The translations under genes were made by a program, and so were the position numbers. Shown here piece after piece: positions 9,482 to 18,975 of a stretch of 33,267 nucleotides of DNA. Each line of letters begins with the position of its first letter. The first letter of the stretch is position 1. The notes under the pieces were generated by a model, which was given only the letters and a program-made list of their open reading frames with translations, had not been told where the DNA came from and ran no database searches. The stretch lies in NCBI GenBank assembly GCA_964576115.1, contig CAZNUA010000038.1:1-33267 (forward strand), given 5' to 3'. Source of the DNA: an uncultured Gemmatimonadota bacterium. GTDB lineage: Bacteria; Blakebacterota; Blakebacteria; Blakebacterales; Blakebacteraceae.

Positions 9482-10729
9482 TCAGGCCTCGAGGAAGAGG
9501 TGAGCCATGACGCCGGCATCGCCGATCATGTTCGAGACCAGGCAGTACTCGTCGGGCATGTGAGCTGTATCGTCCAGGCGCGACCAGACCGCGGCCGGGA
9601 TCCCGGCCGAGCGGAAGAAGGCCGCCACCGTTCCTCCCCCGATTCCCATCGGTTTCGCCTCCACGCCGTAAATGTCGGCTACGGCCCGCCGGAGCAGGTC
9701 GACGATCGGTGCGTCGGGCTCGGTCGGAGGCGCTGCGGGTTGCCACTGGCTCTTCTCGATCGCGACCTGGACGCCGAAGACGCGTTCGACCTCGCGGGTG
9801 TAGGTCTCGATCGTGCCGAGGACCTCCTCGAGATCGTACTCGGGCATCACCCGGCAGTCGAAGGCGAAGACATCCTCACCGGGGATGGTGTTGATGTTCT
9901 CCACGTTGGCTCGTTTCAGGGTCGGTTCGAAGGTGCTGGTGGGGGGATCGAAGAGATCGTCGCGGGCCGGGTAGTCCTCATACAGACCTTCGAGCATGAC
10001 GATCAGGTGCGCCCCGGCCTTGTGCGCGTTGATACCGTGATCGGGAGTGCTGGCATGGGTCTGCTTGCCCCGCAGGGTGAAGGTGAGCCAGGCGATCGAT
10101 TTCTCGGCCACCTCGATCATGGTACCCTCTTCATCGCCGGCATCGGGGATCAGGAGCCGGTCGTCGGGGCTGAAGAGATCGGGGTGATGACGCACCAGGT
10201 ACCCGGCGCCGTATTCACTCCCGGTTTCTTCGTCGGCCACGAAAGCCAGGGCCACGTCGTGGGAAGGGGTCAATCCGTTCTCGATCAGGGCCCGGACGGC
10301 GAAGACCGCGCTCACCAGGCCCTGCTGGTTGTCTTCGGTGCCTCGACCGATGAGACGGTCTCCCTCGTGACGCAGAGTCCAGGGATCTCCGCTCCAGAGT
10401 TCGCGCTCGCCGGGCGGTACGACATCGAGATGGGTCAGAACCCAGGTCGTCGAATCCCGCCCGGTTCCGGGGAACCGGTAGACAAGGTTGGGCCGTTCGC
10501 CGTCGGGAACCTCGGGACAGGGAGCGGGATAACGCTCCGGTTCGGGGAAATCCCAGCCGGCCAGACGTTCTTCGAGCCAGCGCGCTTTGGCGGCCTCTCC
10601 TTCCCCGCCGCTGGCGGGCGAAAGGGCGGGGATGGCGGTCAGACCCCGCTGCAACTCGATCATCTCGGCCTCGGCCGCTTTCAGCCAGGCGGTAATCGCT
10701 GCGATATCGGAGGAGGGGGAAGCGGTCAT
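9482..10729 (-). CDS. M20 family metallohydrolase (ArgE/DapE-like)
   Basis: Motifs THLDVVP, GRGTEDN, DEETGS, HASTP, GGGT and C-terminal AHMPDE. Confidence 0.9.
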   Translation of the reverse strand: MTASPSSDIAAITAWLKAAEAEMIELQRGLTAIPALSPASGGEGEAAKARWLEERLAGWDFPEPERYPAPCPEVPDGERPNLVYRFPGTGRDSTTWVLTHLDVVPPGERELWSGDPWTLRHEGDRLIGRGTEDNQQGLVSAVFAVRALIENGLTPSHDVALAFVADEETGSEYGAGYLVRHHPDLFSPDDRLLIPDAGDEEGTMIEVAEKSIAWLTFTLRGKQTHASTPDHGINAHKAGAHLIVMLEGLYEDYPARDDLFDPPTSTFEPTLKRANVENINTIPGEDVFAFDCRVMPEYDLEEVLGTIETYTREVERVFGVQVAIEKSQWQPAAPPTEPDAPIVDLLRRAVADIYGVEAKPMGIGGGTVAAFFRSAGIPAAVWSRLDDTAHMPDEYCLVSNMIGDAGVMAHLFLEA

Positions 10730-13296
10730 GGTCTCTCCCTGAGCAGGCGGGCGGCTCCCTGGGGATTACCCGCCCCCAGAATGGTCGTGAAAATCATCTT
10801 CATGGTGTTCCGGCTCTGGGCCCGGTACTGGGGGGTGAAGCCGAAGAGCAGAACGGCGCCCTCGCCGTAGGTGACTCCGCCGGCCGCCACCCGGTCGAGC
10901 AGGTACTCCGCTCCCAGGGCGTAACCGCTCGCGAGCAGATTGTGGGCGGCGTACCGGGCCAGCACGACCGGTTCGGGATACTCGAAGAGCAGGGCGGCAT
11001 CATTCCGGAACCAGAGCGTATCCCCTTCGCGCAGGCCGTAGTTGACAGGCAGTCCGGGTGTGAAATCGGCCCGCAGGATCGAGCCGGGAATCGAAAAGAG
11101 CGAGGGGCCGAGCCCTGCCAGGGCGTCGGTGAGGTAGATGTCGAAAACCGGGGCGACCCACTCGCGGGCCCCGCCCCAGGCGATCACGGCTCCTCCGGCG
11201 TGCACGAAACGCCGCAAGGCTTCGAGACCGGCCGGGCCGGCGCCGCCGACATACTCGGCCGGCATCTCGCCCGGCGCCCAACCCTCCACGACCGCCCGTT
11301 CGCTCTCGCCCGGTACGATCAGGACCTCGAGATCGTCCAGGATCCCGCCGGCAGCCAGGTCGCGCGGGCGCACGATCTCATAATCGAAGCCGTAGTGATC
11401 GAGAACCCAGTGGGTCCAGCCCGCTTCCATCGAGGCGAACCACGACTGCAGCAGGCCGACCCGGCCCCGGCCCATGGCGAGCAGCTCGCCGGTGCCGAGG
11501 GTGGGGGAGGGGTTGACCGGGCTCACGATCAGGCTGAGTTCATCGCCCATCCGGCGCAGAGCCGCGGCTCCTTCGCCCCCGCCGCGGACCAGGATGGTTC
11601 CGGCCGGCCACGTGCGACCGCCCGAGGTGAAGGAACGGGAGGTCCAGAAAACCTCGATGCACTCGGCGCGCAGCCGGGCGGCGGCGATGAGCGAGCCGTT
11701 GTTTGCGGCCGGCAGGGCCAGCCACCGGCCCCCGACCGTCACCCGCCCCGCCGGTCGGGTGGTCTCGACCGGAGCGAAATCGCCCCCCTCCCACTGCTGG
11801 ACACCCACCACATCGACCCCCATCAGCAGGGGAAGGGTGTGGCCGGTGACATCGTAGGGTGGATCGGGGGGCCCGCCCTCGTAGAGGCGCAGGTCGGGGT
11901 AATTCTGGGGTGCGAGAACGGCCCTGGCGAAGCGGCCGTAGGGTTGGCGCAGATCGATCAACCACGACCCTGCTTCGTACCTGAAGTGATCGGCCTCGAA
12001 GTCGGAGCCGGCGCGTACGATCTCGACCTCGGCTCGCTGCAGAATGTCGAGCAGTTCCCCCACCTCGTAGAGATTGGGCTGGTCGGAGGGGATCACGAAG
12101 GCCAGCGGCGAGCCCTCCCAGGCCAGACTGCGCTCATGACAGGCGGCGAAGCCCTCGAGCAGCTGACGCCGGTTGTTGGCGGCAAAGAGGAGCAACGACC
12201 GGGCGGCGGTATGGTGGTAGCGGACGATCTGCTCCAGGGTCCACTCTCCGCCGGGCCAGGGGCTGGGGAAATTGGTCCGCATGGTGTGATAGTACTCCGG
12301 CAACTGCTCGGGCCGGATCGTGATCGGATCGGCCCAGTCGGCACTGGCCACCTCGGTCAGCACCCGCAGGGCACCTTTGTAGTGATGGTAGGCCCGGGCG
12401 GGCGACCAGGCATCGTACCGCTCGCCCCATTCCACACCCGGCATTCCCCGCGTGATGAAGCAGGCGCTCACGAAGGGGCCCACGGCACCCAGCCAGCTGA
12501 CGAGTACCGGGTCGACGTTCGGCTCGACCGGATCCTCGAACGGGGGGACGAAGATACGAGAGCCGCGCGAGCCCTGCTGATGCTGATCGATGACCATCTG
12601 GGGGTGCCAGGCATTGTGCACGTCGAGAGTCAGGCGGGTCTCCTGCTGGAAAAAGGTATACCAGTCGCGGTTGTTGTCGTGCCCGGTATACGTTTGATAC
12701 AGGACCGGCAGGCGGGTTCGCCACGGCTCGCCCTCGTGGGCGTTCCACCATTCTGTCACCATGACCGTCCCGTCGGGATTCTGGCTGGGCACCAGCAGGA
12801 GGATGACATTGTCGAGGATGTGCCTGATGTCGGGTTCCTCGCTGGTGGCCAGCTCGTAGAGCAGCAGGGGCGGGGCCTGGTGCGTGCCCACCTCGGTGGC
12901 GTGGATGGCGCAGTTCTGCATCACCACCGCCCGGCCTTCGTCGATCAGCCGTTCGACTTCGGTCTCGTCGGACCAGGTGCGCGGATCGGCCAGACGCCGG
13001 TTGATTGCCTGCAGCTCCTCAGCCCGGGCCAGGTTGGCGGGATCGGAGACGAGTAGCATGACGAAAGGAGCGCCCGAGGTGGCTTGGCCCACCACGGTGA
13101 ATTGGACCCGGGGGCTGGCGGCGGCGACGGCCCGGTAATACTCGACCAGGCGGTCCCAGGTCAGCAGAACTCCGCTGGTGCCGGGTCGCGTGCCGAAGAA
13201 CTCCTCCGGAGCGGGAACCTGGGCGCGCAGGGCGGCGGGAAGCAGGGTCAGGCAGACCAGAACCGGAATGACGGCAGCAGACAGACGACGGTACAC
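10726..13296 (-). CDS. Secreted M14 zinc carboxypeptidase-family protein with C-terminal class I GATase-like domain
   Basis: Signal peptide (LRA-Q), HxxE (IHATE), NPDG, DNNRDW, DQHQ, PYDVTG, and the C-terminal motifs GWTHWVLD and FVHAGG. Confidence 0.88.
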   Translation of the reverse strand: MYRRLSAAVIPVLVCLTLLPAALRAQVPAPEEFFGTRPGTSGVLLTWDRLVEYYRAVAAASPRVQFTVVGQATSGAPFVMLLVSDPANLARAEELQAINRRLADPRTWSDETEVERLIDEGRAVVMQNCAIHATEVGTHQAPPLLLYELATSEEPDIRHILDNVILLLVPSQNPDGTVMVTEWWNAHEGEPWRTRLPVLYQTYTGHDNNRDWYTFFQQETRLTLDVHNAWHPQMVIDQHQQGSRGSRIFVPPFEDPVEPNVDPVLVSWLGAVGPFVSACFITRGMPGVEWGERYDAWSPARAYHHYKGALRVLTEVASADWADPITIRPEQLPEYYHTMRTNFPSPWPGGEWTLEQIVRYHHTAARSLLLFAANNRRQLLEGFAACHERSLAWEGSPLAFVIPSDQPNLYEVGELLDILQRAEVEIVRAGSDFEADHFRYEAGSWLIDLRQPYGRFARAVLAPQNYPDLRLYEGGPPDPPYDVTGHTLPLLMGVDVVGVQQWEGGDFAPVETTRPAGRVTVGGRWLALPAANNGSLIAAARLRAECIEVFWTSRSFTSGGRTWPAGTILVRGGGEGAAALRRMGDELSLIVSPVNPSPTLGTGELLAMGRGRVGLLQSWFASMEAGWTHWVLDHYGFDYEIVRPRDLAAGGILDDLEVLIVPGESERAVVEGWAPGEMPAEYVGGAGPAGLEALRRFVHAGGAVIAWGGAREWVAPVFDIYLTDALAGLGPSLFSIPGSILRADFTPGLPVNYGLREGDTLWFRNDAALLFEYPEPVVLARYAAHNLLASGYALGAEYLLDRVAAGGVTYGEGAVLLFGFTPQYRAQSRNTMKMIFTTILGAGNPQGAARLLRERP

Positions 13297-13357
13297 GGCG
13301 GTCCTCCCCGGCGTAACAGCGCCGGTTCACAGGTGAGTGATGAATTCCGGGATCAGG

Positions 13358-14113
13358 TCAGCTGTCTCCCTGCAGTTTCTTCAGGAACGGTTCGAGAAAG
13401 TCGAGCGGGATCGGGAAGACCACCGTCGAACTCTTCTCGGTCGAGATCTCGGTCAGGGTTTGCAGAAAGCGCAGCTGTATCGCGGCCGGCTGCTCCTGCA
13501 GTACCTGAGCGGCCTCGGATAAGCTCTTCGAAGCCTGCTTCTCGCCCTCGGCGTGGATGACCTTGGCCCGGCGCTCCCGTTCGGCTTCGGCCTGGCGGGC
13601 GATGGCGCGCTGCATCTCCTGGGGCAGGTCGACGTGCTTGACCTCGACCAGCCCGACCTTGACCCCCCACGGATCGGTGTGCTCGTCGATGATCTGCTGC
13701 AGCTCGGTGTTGATCTTGTCCCGCTCGGCCAGCAGCTCGTCGAGCTCGGCCTGGCCGAGAACCGCCCGCAGGGTGGTCTGTGCCAGCTGGCTGGTGGCGT
13801 AGAGGAAGTCCTGCACCTCGATGATCGCCTTCTGGGGATCGACGACCCGGAAGTAGAGAACGGCGTTGACCTTGACCGAGACGTTGTCCTTGGTGATCAC
13901 GTCCTGGGCTGGAATGTCCATGGCGATCACCCGCAGGCTGACCTTGACCATCTTATCGATGAAGGGGATCAGCAGAATCAGGCCGGGACCCCGTACGGTC
14001 AGAAAGCGACCCAGTCGGAAGATCACCCCGCGCTCGTACTCGCGCAGGATGCGGATCATCGCCGCCAGCAGGATGATGACGATGATGATCAAGGCGTAGA
14101 GATAGGTATCCAT
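13358..14113 (-). CDS. SPFH/band 7 stomatin-like (slipin) protein
   Basis: One N-terminal TM helix, [27 protein letters not shown] and [18 protein letters not shown]. Directly downstream of nfeD. Confidence 0.95.
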   Translation of the reverse strand: MDTYLYALIIIVIILLAAMIRILREYERGVIFRLGRFLTVRGPGLILLIPFIDKMVKVSLRVIAMDIPAQDVITKDNVSVKVNAVLYFRVVDPQKAIIEVQDFLYATSQLAQTTLRAVLGQAELDELLAERDKINTELQQIIDEHTDPWGVKVGLVEVKHVDLPQEMQRAIARQAEAERERRAKVIHAEGEKQASKSLSEAAQVLQEQPAAIQLRFLQTLTEISTEKSSTVVFPIPLDFLEPFLKKLQGDS

Positions 14114-14158
14114 CTCGGACGTCCTTTCAGTGTGAACGAGGAAGCCGGCCCGACGCTC

Positions 14159-15520
14159 TCAGGCCTGGCCCCCGGTGTCGAAGGCGCTTCCGGCCGCCGG
14201 CCGGACCTGCAGCTGCAGGCCGGCGACCTGCATGACCTCGATCCGGGTTCCGGCCGCAATCGAGGTTCCATCGAGGCTCGTGGCCTGCCAGAACTCGCCG
14301 TGTACGGAGATGGTGCCGTCGGGATCGAGGTCGGTATGAGCCCGCCCCGTTTCGCCCACCAGCCCCTCGGTTCCGGTGACCACCTTCTTCGACTGGGCCT
14401 TGAGCCCCAGTCCGACCGCTACGGCGAAGAAGAGGGCAGTGATCACAACCGCGAAAATGATGACCCCGAGACTGAGCCGCATGGCCGGCTCGACGGTATC
14501 GAAAAGCATGAGTGAACCCAGCAGCATCGAGATGACACCTCCGATAGTCAGCAGGCCGTAGGACGTGATTTTGATCTCGAGCAGAAAGAGGATCACGGCC
14601 AGAATGATCAGAGCCAGCCCGGCGGTGTTGACCGGCAGGGTCTGGAAGGACATGAAGGCCAGCACCAGACTGATGGCGCCGACCACCCCGGGGAAGATGG
14701 CGCCCGGATTCTGCAGCTCGAAGATCAGCCCGTAGATCCCGAGCAGCATGAGGATGTAGGCGATATTCGGGTCGGCCAGATACGCCAGCAGTTTCTCGCG
14801 GAAGGTGGGTTCGATCCGCTCCAGGGTCGCATCCCTGGTGTGCAGTGTTCTCTGCCCGTCGGGCAGGGTGACGATCCGGCCGTCGAGCTGGCGCAACAGT
14901 TCGGGCACCGAGTCGGCCAGCAGGTCGATGACCCGCAGGTCGAGAGCTTCGGCGGCCGTGGCCGAAATGCTTTCCCGGACCGCCCGTTCGGCCCATTCGG
15001 CGTTGCGGTTGCGCTCGGCGGCGATCGAGCGGGCAAAGGCGGCCGAGTCGTTGGTGACCTTCTCGGCCATGGTGGAATCCATCTGTCCCCCGACTGCAAC
15101 CGGGTGGGCCGAACCGATGTTGGTGCCCGGTGTCATGGCGGCGACATGTGCAGACATGGTGATGAAGACCCCGGCCGAGGCGGCCCGGGCTCCGGAGGGG
15201 TGGACGTAAACGACGACCGGCACCTGCGCGTTCAGGAACGACTGGCAGACCTCCCTCATGGCCGTCTCCAGCCCTCCGGGAGTGGCGAGTTCGAGCAACA
15301 GGGCGGTCGCATCGCGTTCTTCAGCCTGCTCGAGCAGGCGCAGGATATACATCGAGCTGGCGGGGCTGATGGCTCCCTCCCAGCGGCCGTGAAGAATCGA
15401 CTCGCCGGCGGTCTGTGATCCGTCCTCAGACGGTGGGGGCGCAGAACAGGGGGGAGAGGGCAGGGACCGGGCTGTAGTGAGCAGGAGCAGGAGCGAGAGG
15501 GGGTAAAGGAACAGTCTCAT
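14159..15520 (-). CDS. nfeD: Long-form NfeD membrane-bound ClpP-class serine protease
   Basis: TPGGL, RAASAG (catalytic Ser), EKVTND (Lys), a multi-TM region and a C-terminal OB-fold (VHGEFWQA). GGAGG RBS. Confidence 0.93.
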   Translation of the reverse strand: MRLFLYPLSLLLLLTTARSLPSPPCSAPPPSEDGSQTAGESILHGRWEGAISPASSMYILRLLEQAEERDATALLLELATPGGLETAMREVCQSFLNAQVPVVVYVHPSGARAASAGVFITMSAHVAAMTPGTNIGSAHPVAVGGQMDSTMAEKVTNDSAAFARSIAAERNRNAEWAERAVRESISATAAEALDLRVIDLLADSVPELLRQLDGRIVTLPDGQRTLHTRDATLERIEPTFREKLLAYLADPNIAYILMLLGIYGLIFELQNPGAIFPGVVGAISLVLAFMSFQTLPVNTAGLALIILAVILFLLEIKITSYGLLTIGGVISMLLGSLMLFDTVEPAMRLSLGVIIFAVVITALFFAVAVGLGLKAQSKKVVTGTEGLVGETGRAHTDLDPDGTISVHGEFWQATSLDGTSIAAGTRIEVMQVAGLQLQVRPAAGSAFDTGGQA

Positions 15521-15646
15521 ACGCCGTCACACCTCCCTCAGGTCGGGTGTAATCACACCGGCTTGCGATATCCCGAATCTGCTCCGGGGTCGCGCATTCC
15601 GCCTCACGCACATGCGGATTGCGCCCCTGCTGTGCGCCGCCCCCGC

Positions 15647-15675
15647 ACTCTACTCTACTCCCGCGAGTACGTCAA
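15647..15675 (-). promoter_or_regulatory. Putative sigma70 promoter for the nfeD operon
   Basis: Minus strand TTGACG (15675-15670) - 17 bp - TAGAGT (15652-15647). Confidence 0.55.
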
Positions 15676-15811
15676 TGAGACCCCGTCAGGGAAACTCATC
15701 CCGCGCAAACGCAAGAAACGTAACAGGTGAGCGTTATCGTACTTTACCGGAACCCGGCCTGATACTGATGAGAACTGTTATCATGTAAATGGACCTACCC
15801 TGTTTTTTCTG

Positions 15812-15840
15812 TAGACAAATTGTTCAACTCTATTTACAAT
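15812..15840 (+). promoter_or_regulatory. Putative sigma70 promoter for the pilus operon
   Basis: TAGACA (15812-15817) - 17 bp - TACAAT (15835-15840) in an AT-rich intergenic region. Confidence 0.6.
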
Positions 15841-15980
15841 CGCCCCTGCTTGGCCACAGACGGAAGCTGCTTGGGTCCAATTTCACCGATTTGCTGTAAA
15901 AGCGAATTAACGGATTTCAAGCAAAAACGTTGTAAAACCTTAGGAGACATACAAAAACACATTGTTAACAATCATTAACA
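15821..15980. promoter_or_regulatory. Cluster of TGT-N12-ACA palindromic boxes
   Basis: 15821 TGTTCA-ACTCTA-TTTACA; 15895 TGTAAA-AGCGAA-TTAACG; 15963 TGTTAA-CAATCA-TTAACA. Confidence 0.55.
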
Positions 15981-16089
15981 CTGCCTATCGGTGCCTGCCA
16001 GTATGGCTGGCCTGCCGGTACAAGTGATTGTTAAACAAAGACTTGGGGAGAATACCCGATTCGATGATCCCCCGGTCCACGGTAGACGT

Positions 16090-16668
16090 ATGCGTGGCAC
16101 ATGTGACGGCATAAGTTCCCTCGGGGGACGCGAGCGCGGTTTCACGCTCATCGAGATTCTCATCGTCATGGGATTGGTGGGCGTGCTGGTGGCTCTGACC
16201 GCTCCCAATCTGACCGTCATCATTCCTCAGATCAAAGTGGACAAAGCGGCCAGCAAGCTGGCGGCCGATCTGCGCCTGGCCCAGCAGAAGGCGGTCGAAG
16301 AAATGGCCCTGGTTCGCTTCCGGATTGAACCCAGCCAGAATCGCTACTACGCCATGGTCCGCGAGCGGGGTGCCGCCGGGCTCTGGTACCAGGACGGATA
16401 CAACGACTATGTCGAGGATCCGCTCAAGGGGGGAGCCTATCTGCTGGTGGATTTCGACGTGAGCACCAACCGGTTCCATGGTGTGGAGATCACCTCGATC
16501 TCGCCCGCGTCGGCCCTGGGTGAGACCTGGGGTTTTTATATCAGCGAGCTGGGGGAACTGCGCTGGCCCTTTTCGGATATCACCGTCACCCTCACCGATC
16601 CCCGGAGCGGGTACAGCCGCCAGGTCCAGATCACCCACCCGCTCGGGAAAGTCACGGTATTGCCGTGA
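16090..16668 (+). CDS. Minor pilin, FimT/FimU/GspH/MshC-like
   Basis: Class III signal RERG/FTLIE plus hydrophobic helix, and LAADLRLAQQKA typical of the H/FimT class. ATG at 16090 preferred over the ORF-track start. Confidence 0.85.
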   Translation: MRGTCDGISSLGGRERGFTLIEILIVMGLVGVLVALTAPNLTVIIPQIKVDKAASKLAADLRLAQQKAVEEMALVRFRIEPSQNRYYAMVRERGAAGLWYQDGYNDYVEDPLKGGAYLLVDFDVSTNRFHGVEITSISPASALGETWGFYISELGELRWPFSDITVTLTDPRSGYSRQVQITHPLGKVTVLP

Positions 16669-17114
16669 GGATGAGCCGGTGGAATGAGGCCGGTTTCACC
16701 TTCGTGGAACTGATGATCACCCTGGTGTTCATGTCGATCGCCCTGCTGGCCATCACCATCCAGTTCCCGGTCGGTATGAGGGTCAGCGATCAGACCGAAG
16801 ACATCGCCATCGAGGTCAATCTGGCCCAGGAACTGCTCGAGGAGATCAGGACCATACCCTGGGCTTTGATCGACGCCTATGACGGGCGCGATGAGAATCC
16901 TCCCGAGGATATCTCGGGCAATCCGCTGGACGGGTCGGGCGGCCGCCCCGATTATGCCGAATACCGCCGCCGGGTCACAATCCGTTATGCCGATCCCGCT
17001 ACTCTCGACACTACTTCAGTACCGACTCAACTCAAGCGGGTCGAGGTCGAAGTAAGCAGTATCATATCCGGCCAGCGCACGGTGCTCTTCATGATCATGG
17101 GAGAGAAACCATGA
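16665..17114 (+). CDS. Minor pilin, PilV/GspI/MshD-like
   Basis: NEAG/FTFVE, LAQELLEEIR and LKRVEVEVS. GTGA overlap (alternative ATG at 16671). Confidence 0.85.
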   Translation: MRMSRWNEAGFTFVELMITLVFMSIALLAITIQFPVGMRVSDQTEDIAIEVNLAQELLEEIRTIPWALIDAYDGRDENPPEDISGNPLDGSGGRPDYAEYRRRVTIRYADPATLDTTSVPTQLKRVEVEVSSIISGQRTVLFMIMGEKP

Positions 17115-17713
17115 GGGCCGGCTGTCGATACGGCGGTGAGCGACACCGGCGCCCCGGACGGGTGCGTGAGGAACGGGGACTGACCCTGATCGAGTTTACC
17201 ATGGCCGCAGCCGTGGCCGGGGTGATGTTCCTGGTCCTTTACTCGATCCTCAATACGGCTCTGGATGTCTACCAGGTCGGCCAACTGCGTTCGGCGGCGG
17301 TCCAGTCCGGGCGGGTGGCTCTGAACCGGGTCGTAACCGATCTGCGCAGTGCCCGTGATATCTACTTCGCCGACGACGACAGAATCCTGATCATGCGTCC
17401 GATCGAAACAAGTGAAACGGCAGTAGTCGGAGATGTCGACGGCTATCAGGAAGACCTGATCGGTTATTTTTACAGTGCGGGGGACTTCCGGCTCGACCGC
17501 TGGCTGGGCACCCTGGGGACCGACACCTTCATGGATGAGGTGGACGGTTTCACGCTGAGATACCGTGATGCCCTTTACAACGTTCTCTCCACCCCGGTTT
17601 CAGAGGTGCAACGGATACGGTACATCGAGGTCGAACTGCGCCTGCAGGAGGAAGATTACCAGATCGCCCTCAGGAACCTGATAGTACTAGACAATCCGGT
17701 GATCGTGCCATGA
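17111..17713 (+). CDS. Minor pilin, PilW/GspJ/MshO-like
   Basis: EERG/LTLIE, ALNRVVTDLRSA and FTLRYRD...IRYIEVEL. Confidence 0.85.
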   Translation: MRAGCRYGGERHRRPGRVREERGLTLIEFTMAAAVAGVMFLVLYSILNTALDVYQVGQLRSAAVQSGRVALNRVVTDLRSARDIYFADDDRILIMRPIETSETAVVGDVDGYQEDLIGYFYSAGDFRLDRWLGTLGTDTFMDEVDGFTLRYRDALYNVLSTPVSEVQRIRYIEVELRLQEEDYQIALRNLIVLDNPVIVP

Positions 17714-18975
17714 GGGGCTGGGGAAAAGCGATGCGCTCGGAGAACGGCCTGGCCCTGCTGGGCAGTCTGCTCCTGGTCTCGATGCTGGCGGTCATGAGCA
17801 CGACTTTCCTGCTGGTGATGGCCGCCGATTCACGGATCGCTCAGAGTCACCTGAGAACCACCCAGGCCTACTACAACGCCCAGACCGCCTCGGAACTGGC
17901 CCGCCTGGCAATCTCGAATGATCCCGATCTGCTGGCCGCGGTCACCGATTCGACCGACACCCTGCTCAGTGGCACCCTGCCGCCAAACGGCTCCTTCGTC
18001 GTTTTCGGCGTCCCGCTGGATGCCGACACGCTCGAGTACAAACTCAAGATCACCGGTTACGGCGGGAAGGCCTACTACGACTTCCACGAACGAGTGCTGG
18101 TGCCCCGCCAGGATCCGCGGACCTATTTTGCCCTGACCGCTCTCAGTTCGCTCGACCTCGGGGGTTCCTGCGATGTCTCGGGAGGATGGGGAGTCTGGAT
18201 GATGGGCAACAACCCGGTCATCGCGTCAGGCTTCGGTTTTGACAGTCCTGCAGCCGGGAAGGGCCGGTTCTACTGCTCCGGGCTGGTCGACTGGGGGAGT
18301 GGGGCGGTCGATCCGGCGCTCGCAGGCATCCCGACGTTCCTGGAGATTGAGGCCAACACGCCGACGGTCAGCGATCTGGTACCAGATGTTCTCGATGAGG
18401 AGGTAAGCCCCTGGACCTACCATATCACCGGCGATCCGACTCCTTACTACGCCCAGGAGATTCCAACCCTCAGTTTCTCGAGCCTGCCTGCTCCGGCCGG
18501 AACCAATCCGATGCGGATCTATGTCTGGGATCATGACAGCAACGGCAGTCTGACCGGCGGGCTCACCCTGAACGGAACGCTCGTCTGTCCCGGCAGTGGT
18601 GTGCTGACAGTCTGGTCGGGCAACTATACTTTCAGAGGGCTGACGACGGGGACCACACCCGACCAGCGCTATCCCGCCATCATCAGCCGCGGCTCCCTGA
18701 GGCTGAGGGGCTGGGGCACGAAGAACATTACCGGCTTGATCTATGTGGCGGACGAATTCCTCTCCGACCCCTCCTCCGGCTACTCGGTCAACATCACCGG
18801 CTCGGTTATCGCCGGCCATGTGGATTTTAACGGCGACACCGACATCGTCTGGAGTACAGATCTCATCACCATGCCCGCCGCGGCTTTCCTCTCCAGTGCC
18901 TCGCACCGGTTCGAGGCGGTGGTGATGCAGCGCTGGCAGTACCTCGATTTCCCGGCCGGAGTGAGGTACTGGTGA
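17710..18975 (+). CDS. Large minor pilin, PilX/GspK/MshP-like, with C-terminal beta-rich extension
   Basis: SENG/LALLG lacks Glu5, as in the PilX/K class. QAYYNAQ motif. C-terminal repeats of the type LNGTLV, ITGLIYV, ITGSVIA. Alternative start at 17731. Confidence 0.8.
   Translation: MRGWGKAMRSENGLALLGSLLLVSMLAVMSTTFLLVMAADSRIAQSHLRTTQAYYNAQTASELARLAISNDPDLLAAVTDSTDTLLSGTLPPNGSFVVFGVPLDADTLEYKLKITGYGGKAYYDFHERVLVPRQDPRTYFALTALSSLDLGGSCDVSGGWGVWMMGNNPVIASGFGFDSPAAGKGRFYCSGLVDWGSGAVDPALAGIPTFLEIEANTPTVSDLVPDVLDEEVSPWTYHITGDPTPYYAQEIPTLSFSSLPAPAGTNPMRIYVWDHDSNGSLTGGLTLNGTLVCPGSGVLTVWSGNYTFRGLTTGTTPDQRYPAIISRGSLRLRGWGTKNITGLIYVADEFLSDPSSGYSVNITGSVIAGHVDFNGDTDIVWSTDLITMPAAAFLSSASHRFEAVVMQRWQYLDFPAGVRYW

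Noticed and set aside
15686-15775. Hammerhead-like words (GAAAC...GTA...CTGATGAG) and partial c-di-GMP-I riboswitch-like words
   Set aside because: A stem III can be drawn, but stems I and II do not pair next to the core. The riboswitch GNRA-loop and receptor architecture is absent. An Infernal scan would settle it.
16095-16112. TGGCAC as a possible sigma54 promoter
   Set aside because: GG to GC spacing is 11 rather than 10, there is no TTGC, and it lies inside the pilin leader coding sequence.
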